In this document: piece by piece, positions 30,626-41,148 of the stretch
How positions within the stretch are numbered: position 1 is the first letter of the stretch
Layout of the letters: each line of letters starts with the position of its first letter
Origin: an uncultured Commensalibacter sp.
GTDB taxonomy: Bacteria > Pseudomonadota > Alphaproteobacteria > Acetobacterales > Acetobacteraceae
NCBI GenBank assembly: GCA_945266285.1
Contig: CALYOP010000004.1
Span: 29,615 to 93,614, forward strand
Direction of reading: 5' to 3'
Length of the DNA stretch: 64,000 nt
Translations under genes and position numbers: made by a program
The notes under the pieces: model-generated
Database searches by the model: none
What the model was told of the DNA's origin: nothing
What the model saw: only the letters and a program-made list of their open reading frames with translations

Positions 30626-31602
30626 ATGCATTAACATCTTCCTTCTCAGTTCAAGGTCATATTCCGGTTATGTTATCGGAAGTTTTGGATTACCTTAAAC
30701 CTCAAGCAAATAAGGTCTATATAGATGGAACCTTTGGAGGTGGCGGTTATAGCAAAGCGATCTTATCAACAGCGGATTGCTCGGTATGGGGTATTGATCG
30801 TGATCCCGATGCTATTAAACGTGGCGAATTGCTAAGCAATTCTTTTCCGAAGTTACATCTTGTTGAAACCGAATTCGCAAAAATGGATCATGCGCTTAAA
30901 GCTTATGATATCCATTCCTGTGACGGTGTTGTGCTCGATTTGGGTGTATCTTCTTATCAGTTAGATCAAGCAGAACGTGGTTTTTCCTTCCGCTATGATG
31001 GACCATTGGATATGCGTATGAGTCAATCGGGACCTACCGCAGCTGATTTGGTTAATCATCTTCCTGAAAAAGAAATTGCTGATATACTTTGGGTATATGG
31101 AGAGGAACGTTTTTCTCGCAGAATAGCAAAAATGATTGTTAAGCAGAGAATCGAAGAACCTTTTAAAACGACACAACAATTAGCCAATTTAATTCGAAAT
31201 GTTATTCCCGCTGATAAAAGCGGTATTGATCCTGCAACACGTTCTTTTCAAGCACTAAGAATAAAAGTAAACGATGAATTGCAGCAAATCCAACAAGGTA
31301 TTCAAGCTGCACTTCAACTTTTAAAACCTGAAGGAAGATTGGTCGTTGTTTCATTCCATTCGCTTGAAGATCGAATAGTCAAAAACATCATGAAACAAGC
31401 TGCTGGAAAAATTGCTCAACCATCGCGTTATGATCCACAAGCTTTAATTACAAGAAAAAATCCCGTCACCTATCGTTTGCTAACCTCAAAACCTGTACGC
31501 CCTACAGAAGAAGAGTGCCGCATCAACCCCCGATCCCGAAGTGCACGCTTGCGTGCTATTGAACGGTTGCCTTTTTCAGAACAGAAGGGTTTATCCTCAT
31601 GA
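30622..31602 (+). CDS. rsmH: 16S rRNA (cytosine1402-N4)-methyltransferase
   Basis: Motifs HIPVMLSEVL, DGTFGGGGYS, DLGVSSYQLD and SFHSLEDR. It overlaps mraZ by 4 nt. Confidence 0.96.
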   Translation: MNALTSSFSVQGHIPVMLSEVLDYLKPQANKVYIDGTFGGGGYSKAILSTADCSVWGIDRDPDAIKRGELLSNSFPKLHLVETEFAKMDHALKAYDIHSCDGVVLDLGVSSYQLDQAERGFSFRYDGPLDMRMSQSGPTAADLVNHLPEKEIADILWVYGEERFSRRIAKMIVKQRIEEPFKTTQQLANLIRNVIPADKSGIDPATRSFQALRIKVNDELQQIQQGIQAALQLLKPEGRLVVVSFHSLEDRIVKNIMKQAAGKIAQPSRYDPQALITRKNPVTYRLLTSKPVRPTEEECRINPRSRSARLRAIERLPFSEQKGLSS

Positions 31603-32615
31603 TGATCCGTCCTTTTACCCTTCTATGTGCTTTGTTAAGCGGCATTACTGGAATGGTCTTATATACACAAAAACATAAAACAACCATTTTAGATCATCAA
31701 ATTGCCAAAATTGTCGCTAATACACAAACCATTCAATCACGTACAACTATGATGCAAACCGAATGGGCTTTGCTAAACCAGCCAGATCGTTTGAAGAATT
31801 TGTCGACACATTTTTTACCGCAGCTTCATCCAGTACAACCTTACCAGTTTGTGCAGATGTCATCGCTGGTGCAGCAATTACCTGCTCCGCAAAAAGAACC
31901 ATTAAAAGACAAAACACGTGATCATATTAGTGCTGTTGTTGCCGCTAATCATGAACAGCATCACAATACTCAATTACCCGATAATGTACCCGTTAATGAT
32001 ACAACGAAACAGATAGCTGAAAGCCACAAGGTTCAAGAAACACCTAATAATCAAGAGCCCATGCCCAAAAAAGAAATTCTTTCTGGGAAACCAGCAGTAA
32101 CGGACAAAACAGCTTCAAATTTAATCGCTGCTTCAACACATAATTCTGTTACAACTCAAAAACAAAAGAGCACCGAGCAAGCAACAATTCATCCAATAAT
32201 CAAGACAAAAAAGACCCAGAAGATTGATATGGCTGAAAATGATGATGCTGTAATTTCTAAATCTACGCACACAAATAATATCGCTTCAACCCGTAACAAT
32301 GTGACACGAAATGATCCATCAAATCGCGTCAAAACAACATCTGACCGCCGAAAAGTGACACCTAAAGATGATGATTTAACCGATATGGAAAGTGATATTA
32401 CGCGTAGTCTGGTTCGTCATTCTTCCCCCAAAACCGTGCAAAATCATAAAATACGCGATATGGCAACACCATCTTTACAAGCCACTAGAAATAGTACGAT
32501 TAATTCCACACAAAAAGTTAAATATGTCGCAAGTACTACAAAACGACATACTGAATCAGCTTTAGATAATGGATCCAGTGAGTCGCTTCCAGCGCCTGTT
32601 CCTTTTTCTCAATGA
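31599..32615 (+). CDS. ftsL: Cell-division protein FtsL (alphaproteobacterial type) with a long low-complexity C-terminal extension
   Basis: It lies between rsmH and ftsI. It has an N-terminal TM helix and the EWALLNQPDRLKNL block, followed by ~240 aa rich in T/N/K/S/Q. Confidence 0.8.
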   Translation: MMIRPFTLLCALLSGITGMVLYTQKHKTTILDHQIAKIVANTQTIQSRTTMMQTEWALLNQPDRLKNLSTHFLPQLHPVQPYQFVQMSSLVQQLPAPQKEPLKDKTRDHISAVVAANHEQHHNTQLPDNVPVNDTTKQIAESHKVQETPNNQEPMPKKEILSGKPAVTDKTASNLIAASTHNSVTTQKQKSTEQATIHPIIKTKKTQKIDMAENDDAVISKSTHTNNIASTRNNVTRNDPSNRVKTTSDRRKVTPKDDDLTDMESDITRSLVRHSSPKTVQNHKIRDMATPSLQATRNSTINSTQKVKYVASTTKRHTESALDNGSSESLPAPVPFSQ

Positions 32616-32639
32616 AGAATAAAGGAACGATAAATATCC

Positions 32640-34628
32640 ATGCGCTATCAAGACAAGGGAGGCTCTGAACAAAGGCAACACAAGGCTGATAACCCTTTTT
32701 ACAATGACAAAGCTCCAAAAGGAAAAAAGAAACGTTCGTTCACGTCTAAAATCGAGAAAACCCGTGTTCGATTGTTAATTGCATCACTTGGATTCTGCTT
32801 TATTTTTGCAGCAGTAGCTTTCAAACTAACCTTAGCTACGGTTATTGCACCACTTCCCCCAAGCAAAAGACAAATTGCACCTCAAGTTCCTGAGATTCCT
32901 AAAATTGATCCACGTGGCATCATGTCAGGGAACCTTACTTTACCGCAAATCCGTAGAGCTTCTATCCTGGATCGTAATGGTCAAGTATTAGCAATTTCCC
33001 TACCCGTTGCACAGGTTTATGCAAATCCTCAAGAACTCATTGATCCGGTCGAAATTACCGATAAACTCATGGAAATCATTCCTAATTTAGACCGTGACAA
33101 AACAATCGAACGGCTCTCTTCTAAAAAGCAATTCGTTTATATTGCTCGTGACATTACACCAGCCCAAGAATTAAAAATCAATAACCTTGGTATTCCTGGG
33201 ATTTATTTCGAAACGGGTGAACGGCGCCATTATCCTTTGGGAAGAATTGCATCGCATATTTTGGGATATGTCGATATTGATGATCATGGGATTGCAGGAG
33301 TTGAAAAATTTTTTGATGACCGATTATTAAGCGATCACAATCCACTAAAATTATCGATTGATGTGCACGTCCAAACTGCGGTTCAAGAGGAACTAGAAGC
33401 GGCTAAAAGCACTTTTCAGGCTATTGGAGCTTGTGCCATTGTCATGGATGTGAATACAGGCGACATCCTCGCTATGGTTAGCCTTCCTGATTATGATGCT
33501 AATAATTTTCGACACGCAGCAGAAGACGAACGCTTTAACCGTGCTGTAACGGGTATGTATGAACCCGGCTCTACTTTTAAATTACAAACAGCTGCTATGG
33601 GATTGCAATTAGGTGTAATTCATATTTGGGATCGTTTTTCAACCATTCCGATTCATATCGGACGCTTTACAATTCGTGACTTAAAGTCGGATCATTTTGC
33701 ACCTTATCTAGCACTTCCTGAAGTAATGGCTTACTCTTCTAATCCAGCTGCGGCTCATATTGCAATGGATGTCGGTGCAAAGCGGCAACAGGAATGGTTA
33801 AAACAATTAGGCTTTTTTAACCGTGTTCCGGTTGAATTGCCGGAAGTAGGTCGCCCTATTGTCCCTTCTATACGTAATTGGGGCATTTCAACCGTTATGA
33901 CTGTTGGATTTGGTCACGGTATCGCAGAACCTCCGCTTGCAATTGTTCGAGGAACTGCGGCAACGGTAAATGGGGGAATATTAATAAAACCAACATTAAT
34001 AGCACGGAGTACTGATGCCGTTTCTACAGTAGCATCATTAAATCCCTCGGTATCTTCAACGGATGCAATTGATCCTCGCAATGGAGAAAGAGTAATATCC
34101 GAAGAAATCTCGCTTATTCTAAGAAAGATTCTCCGTTCGGATGTTCTTTATGGAACCGGTAAAAAAGCAGAATCTGTTGGTTATTATGTCGGTGGCAAAT
34201 CAGGTACAGCAGAAAAAGTCGGTAAACGTGGGGGTTATCTAAAACACGTCAATATTTCTGCTTTTACGTCGGTTTTCCCCATGAATAAGCCGCGCTATAC
34301 CGTTTACATAATGCTGGATAGTCCAAAACCAACACCACAAACCCACGGTTGGACAACAGCGGGCTGGAATGCAGCACCTACAGCATCAAAGATTATTTCA
34401 AGAATTGGTCCGATGCTTGGTTTATTTCCAGATACGAAACATACAGCACAAATTGAAGCCGAATTATCCATTCCTTTGAAACCCGCTGTTCCTCGTGGTG
34501 TAAGACCTTTAGGGCCTGGCAATGATCCTGGTGATCCGCGGAATGCTAAAAAAGATACAAAAACGGAAAAATTAAAGAAAAAAAAGAACAAAACACAGAC
34601 CGTTAACGCATCGGATAATGATGAATAA
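32640..34628 (+). CDS. ftsI: Peptidoglycan D,D-transpeptidase FtsI (PBP3)
   Basis: 662-aa ORF with a TM anchor, a PBP dimer domain and the transpeptidase motifs STFK, SSN and KSGT. The C-terminal tail is Lys-rich. Confidence 0.94.
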   Translation: MRYQDKGGSEQRQHKADNPFYNDKAPKGKKKRSFTSKIEKTRVRLLIASLGFCFIFAAVAFKLTLATVIAPLPPSKRQIAPQVPEIPKIDPRGIMSGNLTLPQIRRASILDRNGQVLAISLPVAQVYANPQELIDPVEITDKLMEIIPNLDRDKTIERLSSKKQFVYIARDITPAQELKINNLGIPGIYFETGERRHYPLGRIASHILGYVDIDDHGIAGVEKFFDDRLLSDHNPLKLSIDVHVQTAVQEELEAAKSTFQAIGACAIVMDVNTGDILAMVSLPDYDANNFRHAAEDERFNRAVTGMYEPGSTFKLQTAAMGLQLGVIHIWDRFSTIPIHIGRFTIRDLKSDHFAPYLALPEVMAYSSNPAAAHIAMDVGAKRQQEWLKQLGFFNRVPVELPEVGRPIVPSIRNWGISTVMTVGFGHGIAEPPLAIVRGTAATVNGGILIKPTLIARSTDAVSTVASLNPSVSSTDAIDPRNGERVISEEISLILRKILRSDVLYGTGKKAESVGYYVGGKSGTAEKVGKRGGYLKHVNISAFTSVFPMNKPRYTVYIMLDSPKPTPQTHGWTTAGWNAAPTASKIISRIGPMLGLFPDTKHTAQIEAELSIPLKPAVPRGVRPLGPGNDPGDPRNAKKDTKTEKLKKKKNKTQTVNASDNDE

Positions 34629-34630
34629 AA

Positions 34631-36109
34631 TTGAATAGACAGAATATGGTATTTTTAAATCAGCTATTACAATCATGTCATTTGACTGTTTCATCGCAAA
34701 ATCCTCGTATTACTGGACTTGCTATTGACAGTCGCAAAGTTAAGCAGGGTTTTTTATTTGCTGCTGTTCCAGGCGAAAAAACCGATGGAAGATTATTTAT
34801 TCCAAAAGCTTTGGAACTTGGTGCCACCGCTATTCTGGCACCTTTAGGAACAACAATTCCTAATAATACCAATGCCATTTTGATAACTACAGAAAATCCA
34901 AGACAAACCTTAGCAAAAATGGCTTCAGTTTTTTTTGAAAAACAACCTAATTTCTTGATTGCAGTTACTGGAACAAATGGAAAAACCAGTACTGTTGATT
35001 TTATTCGTCAACTTTGGTCATTGCAGGGATATCAAGCCGCCAGTATAGGCACATTGGGGGTTATAAGTCCTATTCCGGTTCAATTTGAAGGACCTGTATT
35101 AACCACTTTAGACAGCATCACCTTACATCAAATTCTCGCTCAATTACAAAAATCCGATGTTAATCATGTCGCCCTTGAGGCTTCATCGCATGGATTAGCA
35201 CAATATCGCCTAGATGGTTTAAAGCTTCACGCTGCAGGCTTTAGCAATCTAACACGTGATCATTTAGATTATCATCACGATTTTGCCCATTATCTAGAAG
35301 CAAAGCTTCGACTTTTTAAAGATATCTTACCGCAAGGTGGAATAGCTGCAGTAAATGCAGACATGGACCCAGATGCTTTAAAAGCGCTTAAAGATGTTGC
35401 TAAAAAACGGAATTTAGCGCTTCGCCTTATAGGCGAAAAAGGGTCGTTCCTAAAATTATTATCAGTCACCCCTCATATAGATGGTCAACACTTCAAAATA
35501 GCCATTGGTAATGAACAATATGATGTAGCATTTCCCTTGCTTGGACGTTATCAGATCGACAATATTTTATTGGCTTTAGCTTTAATAGCGAAAAATGAAG
35601 CTGAAATTCCACATCTGCTATCCCTACTTCCTCAGCTAAAAGGTGTGAGAGGACGTATGGAAAAAGCGGTTACGCTTTCGAATGGCGCCGCCGTCTATGT
35701 CGATTATGCGCATACTCCTGATGCTATTGCTCATGTCCTGCAATCGCTAAGGCCGCATTGTAAAAACCGGTTATTTGTTCTATTTGGTGCCGGTGGGGAT
35801 CGAGATCGTGGCAAACGCCCTTTGATGGCACAACAAGCTGCTTTATTCGCCGATCAGGTCATTGTCACTGATGATAATCCAAGAACGGAAGCTGCAAATC
35901 TGATACGTCAAGAAGTTATGGCAGGTGATCCGAAAGCTATTGAAATTGCAGGCCGATCAGAGGCGATTGCTTTTGCACTTAAACAAATCAAAGAAGGAGA
36001 TATTCTGGTGGTAGCGGGCAAAGGTCATGAGCAAGGACAAATTATCAGTAAAGAAGTTCATCCTTTCGATGACGTATCCGTCATTCGCAATCTTGCATGG
36101 AATTTATAA
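34631..36109 (+). CDS. murE: UDP-N-acetylmuramoyl-L-alanyl-D-glutamate--2,6-diaminopimelate ligase
   Basis: Mur ligase P-loop VTGTNGKTST and the DNPR motif (DDNPRTE) typical of meso-DAP-adding MurE. It occupies the expected dcw position. Confidence 0.95.
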   Translation: MNRQNMVFLNQLLQSCHLTVSSQNPRITGLAIDSRKVKQGFLFAAVPGEKTDGRLFIPKALELGATAILAPLGTTIPNNTNAILITTENPRQTLAKMASVFFEKQPNFLIAVTGTNGKTSTVDFIRQLWSLQGYQAASIGTLGVISPIPVQFEGPVLTTLDSITLHQILAQLQKSDVNHVALEASSHGLAQYRLDGLKLHAAGFSNLTRDHLDYHHDFAHYLEAKLRLFKDILPQGGIAAVNADMDPDALKALKDVAKKRNLALRLIGEKGSFLKLLSVTPHIDGQHFKIAIGNEQYDVAFPLLGRYQIDNILLALALIAKNEAEIPHLLSLLPQLKGVRGRMEKAVTLSNGAAVYVDYAHTPDAIAHVLQSLRPHCKNRLFVLFGAGGDRDRGKRPLMAQQAALFADQVIVTDDNPRTEAANLIRQEVMAGDPKAIEIAGRSEAIAFALKQIKEGDILVVAGKGHEQGQIISKEVHPFDDVSVIRNLAWNL

Positions 36110-37503
36110 TGCTTTGGAATGAAACAGATCTGCTGGCTGCAACAGGGGGACGTTTTGAAACAAACCCTGTTACCATTCAGGCGAATGGTGTTTCCATCGA
36201 TAGTCGTACCCTTCAAAAAGGTGACATATTTATTGCTATTTCTGGCGATAAAAATGATGGGCATTTATATGTTCAAAAAGCATTACAAGCTGGTGCGGCA
36301 TGTGCCATTGCCTCACAACCCATAGATAACGTTCCCAATGACCGTTTGCTCTTTGTCAAGGATACGATGCAGGCCCTAACCGATATGGGGCATTATGCTC
36401 GTGCTCGGTTTAAGGGAAAAGTGATTGCTATCACAGGTAGCGTGGGGAAAACCACAACCAAGGAAATGTTACGGATAGCATTAACTCCTTTTGGAAAGGT
36501 TCACGCTGCCGTAGGTTCTTACAATAACCATTTGGGTGTTCCTTTAACTTTAAGTCGTCTTTCGCCTGATGATGATTTCTGTATTTGTGAAATAGGCATG
36601 AATCATCCCGGAGAAATTGCACCGCTTGCTCATATGGTGCGCCCCGATATCGCCATTATTACTGAAGTTGCTTCTGCACATCTTGGACAGATGGGAAGCC
36701 TTGATTCCATTGCCGAAGAAAAAAGTCAAATCCTTACAGCATTACCCGCACAAGCTTTTGCACTAATTCCTGAAAATATTCATGGCCTATCTTTGTTCGA
36801 AAAGCAGGCTCAACAATTTCATATTCATCTTGCAAAAGTCGGTTTATCTGAAAATAGCTTGATTCAAATTACCAAGACGACCTTACAATGTCATAAATCT
36901 AATTTTGAGATTTTTTGTTCGGGTTTGGCTATTTCTGCTCATTTATCATCACCCGGCAATCATTTAATTCGTAATGCAGCCTTATGTCTTGGCGTTGCTT
37001 TTCTTCTCCACCTAGACATGCAAAAAGCCGCTTTAGCACTTGCTGATTTTAAAGTCGGTCCAGGTCGTGGCCAATTGCTTCCCCTCGCGCATAAAGAAGG
37101 AATGATTCTGGATGAAAGCTATAATGCTTCAACCCTTTCTATTCATAGTGCTTTAGCGACATTACGTTTAATACCGTCAACACGACGCATTGTAATTTTA
37201 GGCGATATTTTGGAATTGGGCGAGCATGCCTTGCAGGAGCATTTATCTTTGCTTGCCGATATTTCCACTACTGCCAATCTGCTTTTTTGCTGTGGTGATT
37301 TTATGAAGTATTTATTTGAAGAAATGCCGCTCACTCAACGAGGGGTATGGTGTCAACATGCAGAGGAATTAATCCCTCATATTGAAACCATCCTTGCCAA
37401 TGGTGATACGCTATTGGTTAAAGGTAGCCACAGCATGCACATGAATAAAATTGTTCAACATTTTGCCGCACCAATCAAGGACCAACAAAACGATGCTTTA
37501 TGA
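36109..37503 (+). CDS. murF: UDP-N-acetylmuramoyl-tripeptide--D-alanyl-D-alanine ligase
   Basis: Starts MLWNETDLLAATGG... and has the P-loop ITGSVGKTTTKE. The start at 36109 overlaps the murE stop (TAATG). The ORF track offers 36097. Confidence 0.94.
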   Translation: MLWNETDLLAATGGRFETNPVTIQANGVSIDSRTLQKGDIFIAISGDKNDGHLYVQKALQAGAACAIASQPIDNVPNDRLLFVKDTMQALTDMGHYARARFKGKVIAITGSVGKTTTKEMLRIALTPFGKVHAAVGSYNNHLGVPLTLSRLSPDDDFCICEIGMNHPGEIAPLAHMVRPDIAIITEVASAHLGQMGSLDSIAEEKSQILTALPAQAFALIPENIHGLSLFEKQAQQFHIHLAKVGLSENSLIQITKTTLQCHKSNFEIFCSGLAISAHLSSPGNHLIRNAALCLGVAFLLHLDMQKAALALADFKVGPGRGQLLPLAHKEGMILDESYNASTLSIHSALATLRLIPSTRRIVILGDILELGEHALQEHLSLLADISTTANLLFCCGDFMKYLFEEMPLTQRGVWCQHAEELIPHIETILANGDTLLVKGSHSMHMNKIVQHFAAPIKDQQNDAL

Positions 37504-38584
37504 TTTGATTATGCATCATGGGCTAGCCTATACCAGCCCTTTCAATCTATTCCGATATATTACTTTTCGTGCTGGTGCTGCTTGCTTTACTGCTTTTATT
37601 CTAAGTCTCTGGTTAGGGCCATATGTCATTGCATGGTTACATCGGTTACAAAAAGATGGACAACCCATCCGTACTTTAGGCCCTGAACGTCATATTATTG
37701 AAAAAGCTGGAACCCCAACCATGGGTGGGGTGCTTATTCTTGCTTGCTTGTTCATAGCGACTTTACTTTGGAGTGATCTGACGAATCCTTTTGTCTGGAT
37801 TGTCATGCTAACAACGCTTGGTTTTGGTGCCATTGGTTTTGTCGATGATTATAAAAAACTTGTTAAACGCAATACGGATGGTCTTAGTAAAAGAGCCCGA
37901 CTTGGTGGTGAATTCGCCATATCTTTACTAGCAACCTATTTATTACAACTTCTTACGCCACCAGATGTTGCAAATATGGTTGCCTTTCCCTTTTTTAAAG
38001 ATTGGCTACTACCGCTAGGAATATTCTTTCCCATTTTTGGTATGGTTGTCATTGCGGGCTTTGGAAATGCCGTTAATTTTACTGATGGTTTAGATGGATT
38101 GGCAACCGTACCAGTCGTCATTGCTTTTGCTGTTTTTTCTTTAATTGCATATATTGTTGGTAACCATCTTTTCGCGGATTATCTACGATTGCATGAAGTT
38201 CCCGGTACCGGAGAACTAATGATATTCTGTGGCGCTGCTATTGGGGCGGGTCTTGGGTTTTTGTGGTTTAATGCACCGCCTGCCTCCGTATTTATGGGAG
38301 ATACTGGTTCTGTATCACTTGGAGGAGCCTTAGGTGTTGTGGCCGTGGCTGTTAAACATGAATTGGTATTATGTATTGTTGGTGGATTATTTGTTGTTGA
38401 AACGCTCTCTGTAATCATTCAAGTTGCTTGGTATAAACGTACTAAAACACGTATTTTTCTAATGGCACCTCTTCATCATCATTTTGAAAAGAAGGGTTGG
38501 GCTGAGTCAAAAATCGTCATTCGTTTCTGGATTATTTCTATCATTTTAGGTCTAATTGGCCTTGCTACATTGAAGTTACGATAA
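37493..38584 (+). CDS. mraY: Phospho-N-acetylmuramoyl-pentapeptide transferase
   Basis: Starts MLYDL... and has the motifs PTMGG, NAVNFTDGLDGLA and FMGDTGS. I preferred the ATG at 37493 over the TTG at 37451. Confidence 0.95.
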   Translation: MLYDLIMHHGLAYTSPFNLFRYITFRAGAACFTAFILSLWLGPYVIAWLHRLQKDGQPIRTLGPERHIIEKAGTPTMGGVLILACLFIATLLWSDLTNPFVWIVMLTTLGFGAIGFVDDYKKLVKRNTDGLSKRARLGGEFAISLLATYLLQLLTPPDVANMVAFPFFKDWLLPLGIFFPIFGMVVIAGFGNAVNFTDGLDGLATVPVVIAFAVFSLIAYIVGNHLFADYLRLHEVPGTGELMIFCGAAIGAGLGFLWFNAPPASVFMGDTGSVSLGGALGVVAVAVKHELVLCIVGGLFVVETLSVIIQVAWYKRTKTRIFLMAPLHHHFEKKGWAESKIVIRFWIISIILGLIGLATLKLR

Positions 38585-39963
38585 TGGAATTCGCTAAGGA
38601 TTTATTCAAAAACCATCGCTATGCGATCTTAGGTCTAGGAAAGAATGGCAATGCTGCAGCTTTGCGTTTGCAAGCTATGGGTGCCACAATTCAGATATGG
38701 GATGACCAACCACAAAAACGTCAGGAAACACCCCCTCAATTACAAAATTGTATCAAAGAATTCTCTTCTTTAGAGGGGTTTGATGCATTAGTTCTTTCAC
38801 CGGGAATTCCACATTATCTACCTACCCCTCATCCTGTCGCTTTATTGGCTCAAGAAGCACATATTCCAATCCTGTCAGATGCAGAACTGCTATTTAAGGC
38901 TGTAAAAGCTAGCCACTCGACCGCACGCTTTGCCGCTATTACAGGTACCAATGGAAAATCGACTACGACTGTTTTGCTTGCACATTTGCTTAAACATGCT
39001 GGTATTCCCAGTGCAGCAGGTGGCAATTTAGGACCTGCTGCTTTAGCCCTACCTTATTTGGATGGTAATGGTGTTTATGTATTAGAGATGTCCTCCTATA
39101 TGCTGGAACGTCTATCACAATTCGTTGCCGACACAGCCTGTTTTCTCAATATTACCCCGGATCATCTTGATCGTCATGGCGACATGGAACATTATACCGA
39201 AGCGAAAATGCATATTTTTGATCATCAAAATGCTTCATGTCAGGCTGTTATCGGTATTGAAGAAGTGCTTTGTCAAAAAGCCGCCCAAACCCTTCTTCAA
39301 AGGGGTATTTCTGTCACCACCATTACAGGGTTAAATAAATCTGCTGATATTTGGGTAGAAAATAATATCTTACAGGATAAAAATGGAAAAATTGCTGATC
39401 TTGGCAAAGCTTTATTCTTACCTGGTAGTCATAATACCCAAAATGCTGCGGCGGCAACTGCTATGGCATTATATTTAGGCGTTCCCCGTGAAGAAATTGA
39501 ACCAGGATTAATTACCTTCAAAGGACTTGCCCATCGTCAACGTCCTGTTGCTACAATAGATGGAATTACCTTCATTGATGACAGTAAAGCTACCAATGCT
39601 GATGCCGCAGCTCGTGCTTTACAGTGCTATGATGATATCATATGGATCGCAGGAGGTATGGCCAAAGCGGGAGGTATTGATGATTTAGCACCTTATTTTC
39701 CACGCATAAGCCTGGTACTTTTAATCGGGCGCGATGCTCCTTTATTAGCAGAAACTTTAGAGCGTTATTCCGTTTCCTATAAAATTGTAGGAACGCTTGA
39801 AAAAGCGGTTGCATCTGCTTTTGAAATCGCAAAACAGGAAAAAATTTCTACTGTTTTACTATCGCCTGCATGTGCCAGTTTTGATCAATTCCGTAGTTTT
39901 GAAGAACGCGGCGATATTTTTGCCCAGCAAGTTCAAATGCTTAGAAAGAACGATTTGTCTTAA
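38584..39963 (+). CDS. murD: UDP-N-acetylmuramoylalanine--D-glutamate ligase
   Basis: Mur ligase P-loop ITGTNGKSTT in the expected dcw position. 459 aa. Confidence 0.94.
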   Translation: MEFAKDLFKNHRYAILGLGKNGNAAALRLQAMGATIQIWDDQPQKRQETPPQLQNCIKEFSSLEGFDALVLSPGIPHYLPTPHPVALLAQEAHIPILSDAELLFKAVKASHSTARFAAITGTNGKSTTTVLLAHLLKHAGIPSAAGGNLGPAALALPYLDGNGVYVLEMSSYMLERLSQFVADTACFLNITPDHLDRHGDMEHYTEAKMHIFDHQNASCQAVIGIEEVLCQKAAQTLLQRGISVTTITGLNKSADIWVENNILQDKNGKIADLGKALFLPGSHNTQNAAAATAMALYLGVPREEIEPGLITFKGLAHRQRPVATIDGITFIDDSKATNADAAARALQCYDDIIWIAGGMAKAGGIDDLAPYFPRISLVLLIGRDAPLLAETLERYSVSYKIVGTLEKAVASAFEIAKQEKISTVLLSPACASFDQFRSFEERGDIFAQQVQMLRKNDLS

Positions 39964-39975
39964 GGACAACCGCCA

Positions 39976-41148
39976 ATGTCAAAATCATCCCGTATCGATA
40001 ATTCCCGATTAGCGCAATGGTGGCGTAGCGTTGACCATTGGACATTAGGTAGTGTGGGATTGCTCATTGGCTTTGGTTATATTTTAATGCTAGCTGCAAG
40101 CCCTGCTGTTGCCCAAAGAATTGGTGCATCGCGAGATATGTTCATCTTTAAACAGATTGTCTTTCTCTCGGTCGCTGCACTCGTGATGATCTATACCTCT
40201 ATGTTGTCTATTAAGACCGTTAGACTTCTAGGAATTTTGGGTAGCCTTATAGCAATAGCCGCTACAGCATTTACATTAGTACATGGAATTGAAATTAAGG
40301 GTGCAAGGCGCTGGATTGCTTTACCTTTTATGTCCGTGCAACCTTCAGAATTCCTTAAGCCCTTTTTTGCTATTATGACGGCATGGCTATTAACGCAATG
40401 GAAAATGCGATTTTATTTGCCGGGTATACTTATTACCTTTGGATTTTATGGGGTCATTTTATTTCTGCTAAAATCACAGCCAGATATCGGTATGTTAACC
40501 GTTATTACTGCTGTTCTTTTTACTCAGTTATTTATCAACGGACTGAATTTATTTTGGGTTTTCTCAGCATTAGGGGGAATGGTAGCTGCCTTTGTAGGGG
40601 CTTATATGGCTTTTCCTCATGTGCGATCCCGCATAGAACGTTTTATTCACCCTAATGTTGGGGATCATTATCAGATTGATATTGCCTTACGCGCCTTTGG
40701 TAATGGTGGGTTAATGGGTCGAGGGCCAGGCGAAGGTCGGGTTAAAGATCTATTGCCGGATGCACATGCTGATTTCGTACTCGCCGTAGCCGGAGAAGAA
40801 TTTGGTATGATCATCTGTATGCTGATCATTCTTATTTTCTGCTTTATTGTCGTAAGAACATTACTGAAAATGATCCGGGAAGAAAATCCTTTTATTATTT
40901 TGGCAACCTCTGGGCTTATTACAGGTTTTGGGTTACAAGCATTTATCAATATGGGTTCCACGCTTCATCTTATCCCAACCAAGGGGATGACATTACCTTT
41001 TATTTCTTATGGTGGTTCTTCTGCTATTTCTGTCGCTTTAACAATTGGTTTGGTTTTATCTTTGACACGTCGACGTTTACAACAACCTGAATTTTTAGAA
41101 AAACAACATAGCATACAGCCTTTCAGTAAGCGAAGCCTGGTCCGATGA
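39976..41148 (+). CDS. ftsW: Cell-division peptidoglycan polymerase FtsW (SEDS family)
   Basis: 390-aa polytopic ORF. SEDS motifs are QPSEFLKP, PDAHADFVLAVAGEEFG and PTKGMTLPFISYGGSS. Confidence 0.94.
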   Translation: MSKSSRIDNSRLAQWWRSVDHWTLGSVGLLIGFGYILMLAASPAVAQRIGASRDMFIFKQIVFLSVAALVMIYTSMLSIKTVRLLGILGSLIAIAATAFTLVHGIEIKGARRWIALPFMSVQPSEFLKPFFAIMTAWLLTQWKMRFYLPGILITFGFYGVILFLLKSQPDIGMLTVITAVLFTQLFINGLNLFWVFSALGGMVAAFVGAYMAFPHVRSRIERFIHPNVGDHYQIDIALRAFGNGGLMGRGPGEGRVKDLLPDAHADFVLAVAGEEFGMIICMLIILIFCFIVVRTLLKMIREENPFIILATSGLITGFGLQAFINMGSTLHLIPTKGMTLPFISYGGSSAISVALTIGLVLSLTRRRLQQPEFLEKQHSIQPFSKRSLVR

